Shown: positions 47,583 through 57,914, counted from the first letter of the stretch. The stretch: 64,000 nucleotides of DNA from an uncultured Chitinophagales bacterium (GCA_964572735.1 CAZNHE010000002.1:7684-71683), one strand, 5' to 3'. Notes: generated by a model from the letters alone, not told the origin. Made by a program: numbers and translations.

Positions 47583-47779
47583 AATGATTCGATGTTTTGA
47601 GTTAATCCTCTACACGGGTCTGCCTTGAAAACCCATTCCGGGGGAACCGGAACACTCTGGTCGCAAGTCGCCGTGTATGTGTTGTTGTGTAAAAATCGTT
47701 TTCTCCGGGCATCTGCCGTTGGCGCGCCGGTTTCGCGAAAGAGATCACCGGCATGCAATGTACCTGTCGGTATCGGAGA

Positions 47780-48166
47780 TCAGCGCTTGGAAAACTGGAA
47801 CCGTTTGCGTGCTTTTGGCCGGCCGTATTTTTTACGTTCCACCATGCGGTCGTCGCGGGTGAGGAGGCCGTTGCTCTTTAACACGCCATGCAGGTCGTCA
47901 TTCAGGGAATCCAACGCGCGGGCAATACCCATTTGAATGGCTTCAGCCTGTCCCGACTGGCCGCCGCCGGCTACCGTCACCTTGATGTCGTACTTGCCTT
48001 CCATCTCCGCGAGTCTGAGTGGAAAAACGGCGGTACCCCGATGAGAATTGAGCGTGAAATAATCATCGACAGGCTTATTGTTCACAATAATTTCGCCTGA
48101 TCCGGTTTTAATATAAACGCGCGCGGTTGCTGTTTTTCTCCTGCCTATAAAATGTTGTTGTGCCAT
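47780..48166 (-). CDS. rpsI: 30S ribosomal protein S9
   Basis: 128 aa. GRRKTATARVYI...GGGQSGQAEAI...KARKRFQFSKR. Confidence 0.97.
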   Translation of the reverse strand: MAQQHFIGRRKTATARVYIKTGSGEIIVNNKPVDDYFTLNSHRGTAVFPLRLAEMEGKYDIKVTVAGGGQSGQAEAIQMGIARALDSLNDDLHGVLKSNGLLTRDDRMVERKKYGRPKARKRFQFSKR

Positions 48167-48187
48167 GAATTAATTCGTGAAGCGGGT

Positions 48188-48649
48188 TCAGAACGTTACT
48201 TTTTCCGGTTTTTGAGCATTATGAGGATGTACCGGACCGGCGTACACACGCAGGTTTCCTAAGAGTTGCCGCCCCAGCCGGTTTTTGGGCAACATCCCGC
48301 GAACCGCATTTTGTATGAGAAACGCCGGCTTTCGTTCCAGCATCTCTTCAGGTGTGGTAAAACGCTCACCGCCCGGGTAGCCGGAATGACGGAAGTATTC
48401 CTTCTGAGTCATTTTATTGCCTGTCAGACGGACTTTCTCGGCATTGATAACCACGACATTGTCTCCTGTGTCCATATGAGGCGCGAAACCGGGCTTGGTT
48501 TTTCCCCGCAGGATCGCGGCGATCTGGCTGGACAGCCGCCCGAGAGTCTGGCCCTCGGCATCCACCAATATCCATTTCTTGTCAATATCTTCGGGTTTCG
48601 GCGTAAAAGTCTTGAAGCTGAGTGTATTCACAATGTAACTGTTCTGCAT
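48188..48649 (-). CDS. rplM: 50S ribosomal protein L13
   Basis: KKWILVDAEGQTLGRLSSQIAAILRGK...DTGDNVVVINA. I prefer the ATG at 48649 over the TTG at 48667. Confidence 0.95.
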   Translation of the reverse strand: MQNSYIVNTLSFKTFTPKPEDIDKKWILVDAEGQTLGRLSSQIAAILRGKTKPGFAPHMDTGDNVVVINAEKVRLTGNKMTQKEYFRHSGYPGGERFTTPEEMLERKPAFLIQNAVRGMLPKNRLGRQLLGNLRVYAGPVHPHNAQKPEKVTF

Positions 48650-48768
48650 TAATACAAAAGTCTGCAAAGATAAGGTTTTAAATCTACCGATACAATAAGC
48701 GGCTACAGATCGGTTTTGCTTTCTTTAATTGAGAGTACTGATGGGGGGCGGTTGTTATTTTTGTGATC

Positions 48769-48821
48769 CTTCAGAGGTGCTGATCCGGAATATCGGCTTT
48801 TGTCCGTCGGCACCTCTGAAG
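48769..48821. other. Long perfect hairpin between hisIE and rplM
   Basis: CTTCAGAGGTGC (48769-48780) and GCACCTCTGAAG (48810-48821) form a 12-bp perfect stem with a 29-nt loop. There is no adjacent U-run on the transcribed (minus) strand. Confidence 0.5.
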
Positions 48822-48846
48822 ACCCGACTACAGCCGAAAAACCGCT

Positions 48847-49476
48847 TTATTTCGCATGTCTGCGTTCCAGCTCTGCGATCAGATCTTCGAGATGCAGTTC
48901 TTTTTCGACGAGCAGGAGTTGCAGATGGAAAATCAGGTCGGAAGCTTCATAGACAAATGCTTCCTCCGAATCGGCCAGTGCCGCTATCACTGTTTCCACG
49001 GCTTCTTCTCCTACCTTCTGGGCAATTCGGTTCAGCCCTTTCTGGAACATTGAACTGGTATAAGAGTGTTCGGGAAGTTCCTGTTTCCTTCGATATAAAA
49101 GTTCTTCAAGCTCCTTCAGGAACGAATAACCGGCTGTTTCCCGAAAAGGCTGAAACTCCTGTTCGTGAAAACAGGAGACCTCCCCGGTGTGACAGGTTGG
49201 TCCCTCCGGATCCGCCAGGATGAGCAGTGTATCGTTATCGCAATCTTTCTGGATGGATTTCAGGTTCAGGAAATTCCCGGAAGTCTCCCCCTTGGTCCAT
49301 AATTTTTCCTTCGAGCGGCTGTAAAAAGTGACCCTGCCGGAATGAAGTGTCTGTTCGACCGCCTCCCGATTCATGTACCCCAGCATCAGCACCTGCCCGG
49401 TGTCGTAATTCTGGACGATAGCCGGGACCAGGCCGTTTCCTTTTTCAAAATCGATCGTATCAGGATTGAATGCCAT
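48847..49476 (-). CDS. hisIE: Bifunctional phosphoribosyl-AMP cyclohydrolase / phosphoribosyl-ATP pyrophosphatase
   Basis: 209 aa. GLVPAIVQNYDTGQVLMLGYMNREA...CHTGEVSCF, then the PRA-PH helical domain. Confidence 0.93.
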   Translation of the reverse strand: MAFNPDTIDFEKGNGLVPAIVQNYDTGQVLMLGYMNREAVEQTLHSGRVTFYSRSKEKLWTKGETSGNFLNLKSIQKDCDNDTLLILADPEGPTCHTGEVSCFHEQEFQPFRETAGYSFLKELEELLYRRKQELPEHSYTSSMFQKGLNRIAQKVGEEAVETVIAALADSEEAFVYEASDLIFHLQLLLVEKELHLEDLIAELERRHAK

Positions 49477-49773
49477 AGAATTTTTAAATGGGACGATTGT
49501 TTTTTTCAGAGAATATTAACTGCGAAGCAGATGCTATTTTTGTGGTTTTTCAGAAATGTCGATCGGGAATATAAGCTTTCGGCGAACCGCCTTCAGCCGG
49601 CAATTTCTGAAGATTTGGCTGCGGCTGAAAGTCCGAAAGGGAGAACCTTGTCTTTTGCCGACACAATTTTCTCCATGTACAACGAACATCGCGGTCAAAA
49701 GTATTCAATCCGCAGCGCAGATGCCACCTTGTCGCGAGCATATCGCCGACAGGCTGGTTTCGCGAAAAAGCTG

Positions 49774-50538
49774 TTATGCCGGCGTCAGCCTGACCGGCAG
49801 TCCGGCTTTTCGCATCTCGGCTTTTAAGACACCGATCCCGATTTCCTTGTAGTGGAAAATGCTTGCAGCGAGTATGGCATCGGCGTGTCCCGTGCGGATA
49901 GCGTCTATGCAATGAGCGATGGTACCCGCCCCGCCGCTGGCAATCACCGGGATGGTGACGAGGCGGTTTATCCGCTGCAACAATTCAATATCGAAACCGG
50001 CTTTGGTGCCGTCGCGGTCCATGCTGGTGAGCAATATTTCCCCGGCCCCCCGCTTTTCCACCTCCGAGGCCCATTTGAGCGCATCCACACCTGTATTTTC
50101 ACTTCCGCCCTTCACAAACACGTTCCAGCTGCCGTTATTCCTCCGTGCATCGATAGCCGCAACAATGCACTGGGATCCGAAATACCCGGAAGCCTGTGTG
50201 ATGAAATCGGGGTCTCGTACAATGCTGCTGTTTAGCGATACTTTATCGGCGCCGGCATTTAATAAAGCATCAATCTCCGCTTCGGTTCGAATGCCGCCTC
50301 CCACGGTGAAAGGGATGTTAATCTCCTGCGCAATTCTGGCTACAAGGGGAACCAGCGTCTTTCTCTTTTCTTTTGTAGCGGTGATATCCAGGAACACCAG
50401 CTCGTCGGCGCCTTCCTCAGAATAACGGCCCGCCAGCTCCACCGGATCGCCGGCATCGCGAAGTCCGATGAAGTTAACCCCTTTAACAGTGCGTCCGTCT
50501 TTGATGTCCAGACATGGTATGATTCGTTTGGTCAGCAT
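49774..50538 (-). CDS. hisF: Imidazole glycerol phosphate synthase cyclase subunit
   Basis: 254 aa. [20 protein letters not shown]...[11 protein letters not shown]...ASGGAG. Confidence 0.96.
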   Translation of the reverse strand: MLTKRIIPCLDIKDGRTVKGVNFIGLRDAGDPVELAGRYSEEGADELVFLDITATKEKRKTLVPLVARIAQEINIPFTVGGGIRTEAEIDALLNAGADKVSLNSSIVRDPDFITQASGYFGSQCIVAAIDARRNNGSWNVFVKGGSENTGVDALKWASEVEKRGAGEILLTSMDRDGTKAGFDIELLQRINRLVTIPVIASGGAGTIAHCIDAIRTGHADAILAASIFHYKEIGIGVLKAEMRKAGLPVRLTPA

Positions 50539-50662
50539 AACCCTAAAATACTCTCAAACACCGGTTGAGAGCAAGCGGAGAGAATTCTCACAATGATATC
50601 GAAATGATATCAATAAAAACAGCAACTGCCGGATACCGGGAAATGGATTCCGGCGGACAGGA

Positions 50663-51220
50663 TCACCGTGTTCTGGTATTGATCAGAATGACCCCATTGG
50701 CTCCCCGGGTTCCGTAAATGGCGGCCGATCCGTCTTTAATGATGCTGACCGAGGCAATATCATTGGGGTTTATAGATTGCAAGATATCCGTTGAAGAGAG
50801 CGGGATGCCGTTCAACACGATGAGCGGTTCGGTATTTGAAAGGAATGTGTGAACGCCCCTGATTTGGATGTGATATCCAAACGGATTGTTTGGGTCTCTG
50901 GTAACCGTGACACCCGGCACGCGTCCCTGCAAATATTCGGCCAGATTGGCATAGTTTGAGCGATGCAGATCCTGAACATTGATCGAAGAGATCGCCGAGG
51001 TAATTTGGTCGCTCCGTTCATATCCGTAGCCGACATACCGGAATGCCGCAGAGGTCTCTTTGGCATCCGCAGCCTGCGGGATAGATTGGGTGGACACCGG
51101 CTGAATCTGCGTAACGAAAGCGGCACTTGTGGTGTCGGCCGCTGCCTTGTTTGTTCCCTGTGCTAAAAGTTCTCCGGAACATACCATACAGATGAATAAA
51201 CCGACGAGCAATGATCGCAT
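50663..51220 (-). CDS. Stand-alone TonB-dependent-receptor plug-like secreted protein
   Basis: 185 aa. Signal peptide, then LQGRVPGVTV...IQIRGVHTF...PLIVLNGIPL...INPNDIASVSIIKDGSAAIYGTRGANGVILINTR (SusC-type N-terminal plug signature). No barrel follows. Confidence 0.65.
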   Translation of the reverse strand: MRSLLVGLFICMVCSGELLAQGTNKAAADTTSAAFVTQIQPVSTQSIPQAADAKETSAAFRYVGYGYERSDQITSAISSINVQDLHRSNYANLAEYLQGRVPGVTVTRDPNNPFGYHIQIRGVHTFLSNTEPLIVLNGIPLSSTDILQSINPNDIASVSIIKDGSAAIYGTRGANGVILINTRTR

Positions 51221-51429
51221 AATGGTTCTCCAGGAATGTTATATAACGATAGATAACAAAAATATAATTATATAATTAAAAATTAGAAATAAGATGCAAG
51301 TTTTTTTGAATAAATTTTTGGGAATTGGCAATCCTGTCTGAAACGGGAACGTTTGGGCGTCTCCCTGATATTCTGTAAGGAAGACTTCAGAGAAGAGTAA
51401 CAGCAATCGGTGTTTTAAGGGAAATTGCT

Positions 51430-51876
51430 ATGGCTGAGGAAGAGATTCAAAAAAAGAAAGAGGAAAATACAGGTATTGGACCACAGGACGGATGGATGAA
51501 CCGCCCGCGTAACGTGCTGTTGGCGGCGCTTGGAGTTTATGCGACTATAGAAGAAAACGGGAAGCGGCTTATTGATTCGCTGGCGGAGAAAAGGAGGGAA
51601 CAGAAGAAAAACAGCCGGAGACAACTTGATAAAGCTTATGAACGGCTGCAAAAGAGTAAAGAGGAGGTATCCGGCCGGATGAAAGAGTTTGTCGATTCTC
51701 TTGATGAACGTCTTGAGCCGGTACTCGATCGCATCGGCATTGCAAATCGTAAGGAAATTGAAGATCTGATGGGTAAAGTGGAAAAGCTCTCTGCCGAGGT
51801 GCATAAGCTGTCGCTACAACTCGAAAAGCAAAAAGAAAGACAGGAGCCGCCTCCGCCGCCTCCCGAAAATCTGTAA
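51430..51876 (+). CDS. Phasin-like coiled-coil protein (putative)
   Basis: 148 aa. VLDRIGIANRKEIEDLMGKVEKLSAEVHKL resembles the PHA-granule-associated (phasin) C-terminal motif. Low-complexity ends. Confidence 0.4.
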   Translation: MAEEEIQKKKEENTGIGPQDGWMNRPRNVLLAALGVYATIEENGKRLIDSLAEKRREQKKNSRRQLDKAYERLQKSKEEVSGRMKEFVDSLDERLEPVLDRIGIANRKEIEDLMGKVEKLSAEVHKLSLQLEKQKERQEPPPPPPENL

Positions 51877-52129
51877 ACCATGGATTGAATGACGGGCGTT
51901 GAGAATGCACCGGCCGGAGGGTTGGTTTGAATAGTATAAAATAACGTGAGTTTAGTTTTGGGATAAGAAAGGGGCACTCTTTCAGGGTTATCATGATGGC
52001 GTTTCATTTTCTAACTGCCGTCATTTTATCCCCATCCGGACTTTAAAGAACAGGTCCATCCTCCATCCCGGAAAGTTCGTTTTGTTTGGCCGGCCACGAA
52101 GAAGCCATCCGGCATCCCGAATCCACGCT

Positions 52130-52170
52130 AAAATAAAAAAGGGCGCACGGAACTCAATCCATGCGTCCTT
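52130..52170 (-). terminator. Rho-independent terminator after the CarboxypepD_reg gene
   Basis: The minus strand reads AAGGACGCA-N14-TGCGCCCTT (9 bp including one G-U), followed by TTTTTATTTT. Confidence 0.6.
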
Positions 52171-52220
52171 GGTGTGATTGGCTAATTAACAAGAGGTACT
52201 ATTCGTTTATTTACTTCTGT

Positions 52221-52649
52221 CTATTGGTTCTCGCCTGGTGTCAGCCTGATGGTGAGGCTTTGGGCATTAGCGCCTACCTCTATCTGATTCTCGTAATCCT
52301 GATAGCCGTCGGCCGTTACTGTAATCGTATATGTGCCGGCACTGGCATTCTCTATCTGGAAGGAACCGTCAGAATCAGTAGTTACTGAATTATCTTGTCC
52401 TTCGAGCTGTACGGTCGCTCCGCTGACCGGCTGGCCGGTATTGGCGTCAAGTACCGTACCGGTTATAGCCTGGGCGGAATCACTGTTTGCAACTTGCGGA
52501 TTTCCCGGTGCGCCTGGGTTACTGGGTGCGCCCGGAGTCTGTGGCGGCGGAGTTGGCGGAGTATTTTGAGCATAACCGGAGTTGGGTGTAAGGCTGCTTA
52601 TCAGTACGACTGAAAAGACAGCGAATAAAAAGATGGATAAGCGTTTCAT
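52221..52649 (-). CDS. Secreted carboxypeptidase-regulatory-like (CarboxypepD_reg) domain protein
   Basis: 142 aa. Signal peptide, Pro-rich linker, then ITGTVLDANTGQPVSGATVQLEG...TDSDGSFQIENASAGTYTITVTADGYQ. Confidence 0.75.
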   Translation of the reverse strand: MKRLSIFLFAVFSVVLISSLTPNSGYAQNTPPTPPPQTPGAPSNPGAPGNPQVANSDSAQAITGTVLDANTGQPVSGATVQLEGQDNSVTTDSDGSFQIENASAGTYTITVTADGYQDYENQIEVGANAQSLTIRLTPGENQ

Positions 52650-52918
52650 GGTAGGTCACCTTATGTTTAGTTTTCGTTTACCTTGATTCCACTGGTAAAC
52701 CTACATCTGAAGATCGATATACAACATCATTAGGTGGCGGAATCCCAAATAGTGTAGCAAGTTAACCATATGTGGGGCAACAGGTTATTATTTCCTAATC
52801 GAACGCCTTTTTGGGCGTCGGTTTAAGCCGGTGTACAACCCGGAAAGGCCGAAAACGAAAGGAGCCGTTTCATTCATCCGGACCTACAGGCTTTTTTTCC
52901 ATTTGCCCTTTCCCGCTT

Positions 52919-53977
52919 TCAGTCAACGGTAATCAGGGATTGATGCTTTATTTCCGAATCCAGCATTCCTATCGGGTGCAGGCAAATTTCGGGCACCTGT
53001 CCTTCCTCCCTTAGGAGCTGTACGAGTGTGTCTTCTGTTCCGGCGTCTGCGGCGATAAGCAGGCCTCCGCTCGTTTGAGGGTCGCACAACAGGAGCCGCT
53101 CCCGTTCTGAAAGTTCCCCGATTTTATGACCATAACTCTCCCAATTTCGTCCGGTTCCTCCCGGGATGCAGTCCATTTCAAGGTAGCGTTCTGTTTCAGG
53201 GAGCAACGGAATCCGATCTGTAAACAGGCGGGCGGTAAGGTGGCTGCCTTCGCACATCTCACTAAGGTGTCCCAGCAGGCCGAATCCCGTAACATCGGTC
53301 ATAGCTGTAATTCCCTCCAGCCGTGAAACGATCTCTCCGATCCGGTTCAGGTGAATCATGCTGTCGCGCGCGATATAGACATCTTCATCCCGCAATTTGT
53401 GCTGCTTTTGAGCGGTACTCAGGATGCCGATGCCCAGGGGTTTTGTAAGATAGAGCGTGTTGCCTGCCCGGGCCGTATCATTTCTTTTAAGCCGCCCCCG
53501 CGTTATGCTTCCGGTCACTGCGAGACCGAAGATGGGTTCAGGACTATCGATGCTGTGTCCGCCTGCCAGAGGGATACCCGCTTTCTCACAGATGGCACGT
53601 CCTCCTTCAACAACGCGGCGGGCGTGTTCCGGAGCGATTTTTGAGACCGGCCAGCCCAGGATGGAAATAGCCAGCAGCGGCGTTCCCCCCATTGCGTAGA
53701 CATCACTGAGGGCATTGGCCGCCGCGATTCGCCCAAAATCGAACGGATCATCGACGATAGGCATGAAAAAATCAGTTGTACTGATGACGGCCTGGTCCGA
53801 ACCGGTTTCAAATACGGCCGCATCGTCCCGCGAATCGTTGCCGACCCAGAGCCGCTGATCCGTGCAAGAAGAAGTGCCTTGCAAGATTTCTTCGAGTATT
53901 TTAGGGGATATCTTACATCCGCAGCCGGCCCCGTGACTATATTGTGTGAGTTTGATGGATTCTGTATTTATCGACAT
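52919..53977 (-). CDS. selD: Selenide, water dikinase (Cys-type SelD)
   Basis: 352 aa. N-terminus [25 protein letters not shown], nearly identical to the E. coli SelD active-site segment. Cys, not an in-frame TGA, occupies the catalytic position. Confidence 0.95.
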   Translation of the reverse strand: MSINTESIKLTQYSHGAGCGCKISPKILEEILQGTSSCTDQRLWVGNDSRDDAAVFETGSDQAVISTTDFFMPIVDDPFDFGRIAAANALSDVYAMGGTPLLAISILGWPVSKIAPEHARRVVEGGRAICEKAGIPLAGGHSIDSPEPIFGLAVTGSITRGRLKRNDTARAGNTLYLTKPLGIGILSTAQKQHKLRDEDVYIARDSMIHLNRIGEIVSRLEGITAMTDVTGFGLLGHLSEMCEGSHLTARLFTDRIPLLPETERYLEMDCIPGGTGRNWESYGHKIGELSERERLLLCDPQTSGGLLIAADAGTEDTLVQLLREEGQVPEICLHPIGMLDSEIKHQSLITVD

Positions 53978-55014
53978 GGAATGAGCGTGATATGGTTACG
54001 GGCAAAATCGCGAATCGTTTCTGCCTGTGCGGATCGGTCCGTATCTTTAAGAGGCAGGTGGTAAACCTTTTTCGGATCCCGTGCTTCTATTTGGTGCCGG
54101 TATGCCTTGTCGTAGTATGATAGAATCAGGGAGACAGTGTTTGTGAAGTTTTCTTCCTTAAGTGCCTGCAGGGCCTCTTTTGTTCGCTGCCCGCCCAGTC
54201 GCCGTTCTATTCTTCGAATGCAATGTGAGAGGGCGTCTTTGGGGAATATCGCATATTCGCTGACCAAATGACGGATCCGTTCTTCACGTCCGATATCAAG
54301 AAGCACAAGCGGTGCCTGCCGGATTCGGGAGAAAAGCGGCTCGGGCAGGTTAATCCGGCCAATCCGGCTGCTTTCATCCTCCAGCCAGACGGGACGCTGA
54401 GGGTCCAATTGGCGCCAGTGCATAGCCAGTATATTTCCATACTGTTCGCCGGTAGGTTGCGCGGGTTCTCCCAATGCCCCGAAAGCCGATCCTTTATGGC
54501 AGGCCAGGCCCTCCAGGTCGATTACCTGTTCTCCCTGTTCCCGCAGTTCCTCCAGCAGTTGCGTCTTGCCGGACCCGGTCTCTCCTCCGAGAACAATGAT
54601 AGGCTGATTGAGCGTAAAAGAATCGAGTACCCAGTTCCGGTAATGCTTGTATCCGCCTTTGAGCACGGAAACCGAAAAGCCGGCAAACTGCAGCAGCCAT
54701 GCAATACTTTCGCTGCGCATCCCGCCCCGCCAGCAGTGAACAAGTGCCTCACGAGCGGGAGCATGTTTTTCGGCCAGGTCTACCAGATCCCTCATCCTTG
54801 GCCCGATTAGCTCCAGCCCTCGTTTCACAGCCTTATCGCGGCCCTTTTTGGTATAGATGATGCCGATTTCTTTTCGTTCTTCATCATTAAAAACAGGCAG
54901 ATTAACGGCGCCGGGAATATGTCCTTTTATAAACTCCGCGGGAGTGCGCACATCGAATAACGGCAGTTGCTGCGCCGATTGCATGAAAGCGTCTATCGAC
55001 AAGTTGGCAGGCAT
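53968..55014 (-). CDS. selU: tRNA 2-selenouridine synthase
   Basis: 348 aa. Rhodanese domain with [10 protein letters not shown]-loop GGETGSGKT. 10-nt overlap with selD. Confidence 0.9.
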   Translation of the reverse strand: MPANLSIDAFMQSAQQLPLFDVRTPAEFIKGHIPGAVNLPVFNDEERKEIGIIYTKKGRDKAVKRGLELIGPRMRDLVDLAEKHAPAREALVHCWRGGMRSESIAWLLQFAGFSVSVLKGGYKHYRNWVLDSFTLNQPIIVLGGETGSGKTQLLEELREQGEQVIDLEGLACHKGSAFGALGEPAQPTGEQYGNILAMHWRQLDPQRPVWLEDESSRIGRINLPEPLFSRIRQAPLVLLDIGREERIRHLVSEYAIFPKDALSHCIRRIERRLGGQRTKEALQALKEENFTNTVSLILSYYDKAYRHQIEARDPKKVYHLPLKDTDRSAQAETIRDFARNHITLIPCR

Positions 55015-55030
55015 ATTCGGCAGGGTACGT

Positions 55031-56107
55031 TTAATGAGTTACCGACAGGTTATAAGCATATTCATAATCCCATTTCAAATCCACGTATATTGGGAGATGA
55101 TCGCTGGCCGTGCCGGCTTTAATGAATCCATAATCCAGGACGGGATAATTGTTGTTCACAAACAGGTAGTCGAGTCTGCGATCGGGAGCCTGGGATGGAA
55201 ACGTGAAATACCGGCGCTCATTCTTGTAGTAATCTGCCAGAGGCACCATCTCGTGGAACCCGGGGATACCCATCAGAATGTTCAGTGAAGTGTCGCCGTT
55301 GTAATCATCCTGGCTATCGGATGCGAAATCACTTTTCTTCTTTGCCTTATAGGGAACAGTGTTTAAGTCGCCCCCAAACAAGATCAATGCGTTTTGGCTG
55401 TTGGCATTATGAACCAGTTTCTTCAGCTGAAAGGCCTGCAGGGTACGGTTATCGATGTCAAAAGCTTCCAACTGGACATTAATAAAGGAAGCCCGGGTTC
55501 CCCGGATATCTATCTGAACCATCTGGTTGAATCTGAACAGATAAAACAAATTGTACCAGAAGGGGTTATCGGAGGGCTTGGGAAGACGAATAACGGTGTT
55601 TGAAAGAATCGGGTACCGGCTTAAGACGGCTCCCCCGGAGTTGATTTCTCCAAACTGATGCTGGGGCGGCCAATAGGGATAAGGCACGTAATTCGCCTGC
55701 CAGGTGATAGCCGCGGCCGCATATCTCAGGCCGGTTAACTGCGCCAGCACCGCCAATTGATTCGTGTGGCCGCTCCGGGCGGCATCAAAATCAACTTCCT
55801 GCAGCAAAACAACATCCGGGTTGTATTTACGGATAGTTCCGGCGATTTCGTGCAAATGCTTCGTTATTACACTGGCGGGCACGGGATGGTAGTTTTCATT
55901 GCCGGAGTTGGCCCCATAAGCATAAGCAATGTTCCAACTCATCACACGCAGCTTTCCGGAATAAGCGCTGTCGGGCTTTTGGGCGGGATCGTAACGGGTG
56001 ATATTGCCCGAATATACTCCCGGAGCCTGGTATCCGCCGGCGGCCCAGAAAAGGAGACCGGCAAGTATCAGGATAATAATAACGAGTGTTAACAGGAATT
56101 TCTTCAT
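55031..56107 (-). CDS. Endonuclease/exonuclease/phosphatase (EEP) family protein with an N-terminal membrane anchor or signal
   Basis: 358 aa. LRVMSWNIAYAYG, VVLLQEVD and ASDHLPIYVDL motifs. Its stop lies 16 nt before the selU start. Confidence 0.8.
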   Translation of the reverse strand: MKKFLLTLVIIILILAGLLFWAAGGYQAPGVYSGNITRYDPAQKPDSAYSGKLRVMSWNIAYAYGANSGNENYHPVPASVITKHLHEIAGTIRKYNPDVVLLQEVDFDAARSGHTNQLAVLAQLTGLRYAAAAITWQANYVPYPYWPPQHQFGEINSGGAVLSRYPILSNTVIRLPKPSDNPFWYNLFYLFRFNQMVQIDIRGTRASFINVQLEAFDIDNRTLQAFQLKKLVHNANSQNALILFGGDLNTVPYKAKKKSDFASDSQDDYNGDTSLNILMGIPGFHEMVPLADYYKNERRYFTFPSQAPDRRLDYLFVNNNYPVLDYGFIKAGTASDHLPIYVDLKWDYEYAYNLSVTH

Positions 56108-56510
56108 ACAATCATAGACAAAAACCGAAAAACAGGATTTTTGAGAATTACGGGAAAATCAGCCGTCTCTGAAGTCAGGTACTTCTTCAGCATCTGCTGC
56201 CGGGCCGATTCCTCGCTCAAAAACCCCAAAGTAAGAAAAATAGCAATATTGCCTGAATCGTCGGCGGGAATTTTGTGCATGATTAACGATTAATAGCCGG
56301 TATTCCGCTACTGACCGCCGGATGCCGACAAACGAAACAAGCGTGAAGACTTTCATGTGAGGGAAAATATTGCAATACTACCAACGACCTGTATTCCCGT
56401 TAGCCACAAATCATTTGGGAACCACTGCCATCGTTTTTATGATACGGGTGCGGGGCCGTAAGAATCATTCTGCGATTCATAAGGTTAACTTATCCATCAA
56501 TCAACACATT

Positions 56511-57914
56511 ATGAAGAAAGCTCGTTTTTTGTACAGAAATGCCTGGTTATTGATAATCGGCATCATCTTTACTGTGGGACCGGCGGCCGTGCGGGCCCAG
56601 GAGCTGAGCGCTCCTGAAAAACAATCGCTCATCATCTACAGTAACAACCGGGCGTTGGTTAATGAACAACGGACGCTGAAGTCTCAAAAAGGGATATTTA
56701 AAGTGCATCTGGATGACCTCTCCGACAAAATCGATCCTTCGTCGGTTGTGATTGGTTTTCCCGGCCAGGTCGTGGGTCAGGTGTATCAAACCCGGCGGAC
56801 GTCCATAAGCGAGGTACTGAAAGCCTGCATCGGGCATCAGATTCGATTCATAAGTGAAACAGGGCAGGTCGAAGCAGGCGAACTGGTTGCGCTGGAAGGA
56901 AACCAGGCCATTATCCGGTCGGGGAAGAACGATGATTATCTGGTGGTTAACCAGATTCGCAATTACACCTTTATCCTCGATAAATTGCCCAGGAAGCCGA
57001 TGAATAAGGCCACTATCACGTGGACATTGAAAGGATCGAAGAACGGCAGCCGGCCTTTTGATCTTGCCTATCAGACCAACGGAGTCAATTGGGAAGCGCG
57101 GTACAACCTGATCCTGCAGAACGACCGTCAGGCGGATTTAAAAGGTTGGGCCGATATCAGCAACCAAACCGATAAGGATTTTACGGATGCCGGGATTACC
57201 CTGGTGGCGGGCGAAATCCATCAGGTACGGGCGCCAAGGCCTGTTTATGAGTATGGCAATATGGCCATGAAATCGACGGTGGCAGCGGGTTCGGTATCCC
57301 AACAATCATTCTCCGATTATCATCTTTATCAACTCCCGGGCCGGGAAACGCTGGCAGCACACAGCCGGCAAAGCATACCCATTGTGGCGGGCGACGGAAT
57401 TCATGTTCAGAAAGAGTATATATATCAACAATCCTATTTCACGCCAGCCGCTCAGCCGGGGAATGGAACGATTGAAGTTCGTTATACCGTGGCCAATACC
57501 AGGGGTAATCATCTTGGAGTGCCTATGCCGGGCGGGGTCATCTCCATTTACAAAAAGGATCCCGGCGGACAGCTGGTATTGCTTGGGGAGGATGACATCC
57601 CTCACACACCGGCCAATGATTCCCTTGTCGTTACACAGGGGAAAGCTTTCGACATCACCGGATCGGGCCTTGTGGCGGACATCCGTCATATCTCCGGTAA
57701 AGTCACCGAGCAGGATGTGGAGGTAACGCTTTCCAACCAGAAAGATTCCGATGTTACGGTTACCGTACTCAGGAACCTCAACGGGCGCGAGCAGATGATG
57801 AAATCGAATATTCCATACAAGAAACGCTCGGCTTATCTGTACGAATTCCACGTTCCGGTAAAAGCTCACCGAACAACCAAATTAACCTACACTATCCGGC
57901 AGACGAACCCATAG
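56511..57914 (+). CDS. DUF4139 domain-containing secreted protein
   Basis: Signal peptide MKKARFLYRNAWLLIIGIIFTVGPAAVRAQE. LAYQTNGVNWEARYNLIL...GWADISNQTDKDFTDAGITLVAGEI is typical of DUF4139. Start at the internal ATG 56511. Confidence 0.75.
   Translation: MKKARFLYRNAWLLIIGIIFTVGPAAVRAQELSAPEKQSLIIYSNNRALVNEQRTLKSQKGIFKVHLDDLSDKIDPSSVVIGFPGQVVGQVYQTRRTSISEVLKACIGHQIRFISETGQVEAGELVALEGNQAIIRSGKNDDYLVVNQIRNYTFILDKLPRKPMNKATITWTLKGSKNGSRPFDLAYQTNGVNWEARYNLILQNDRQADLKGWADISNQTDKDFTDAGITLVAGEIHQVRAPRPVYEYGNMAMKSTVAAGSVSQQSFSDYHLYQLPGRETLAAHSRQSIPIVAGDGIHVQKEYIYQQSYFTPAAQPGNGTIEVRYTVANTRGNHLGVPMPGGVISIYKKDPGGQLVLLGEDDIPHTPANDSLVVTQGKAFDITGSGLVADIRHISGKVTEQDVEVTLSNQKDSDVTVTVLRNLNGREQMMKSNIPYKKRSAYLYEFHVPVKAHRTTKLTYTIRQTNP

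Noticed and set aside
56159-56356. 65-aa minus-strand ORF in the divergent EEP/DUF4139 promoter region
   Set aside because: It is short, has no motifs, and lies where two divergent promoters are expected. Not supported.
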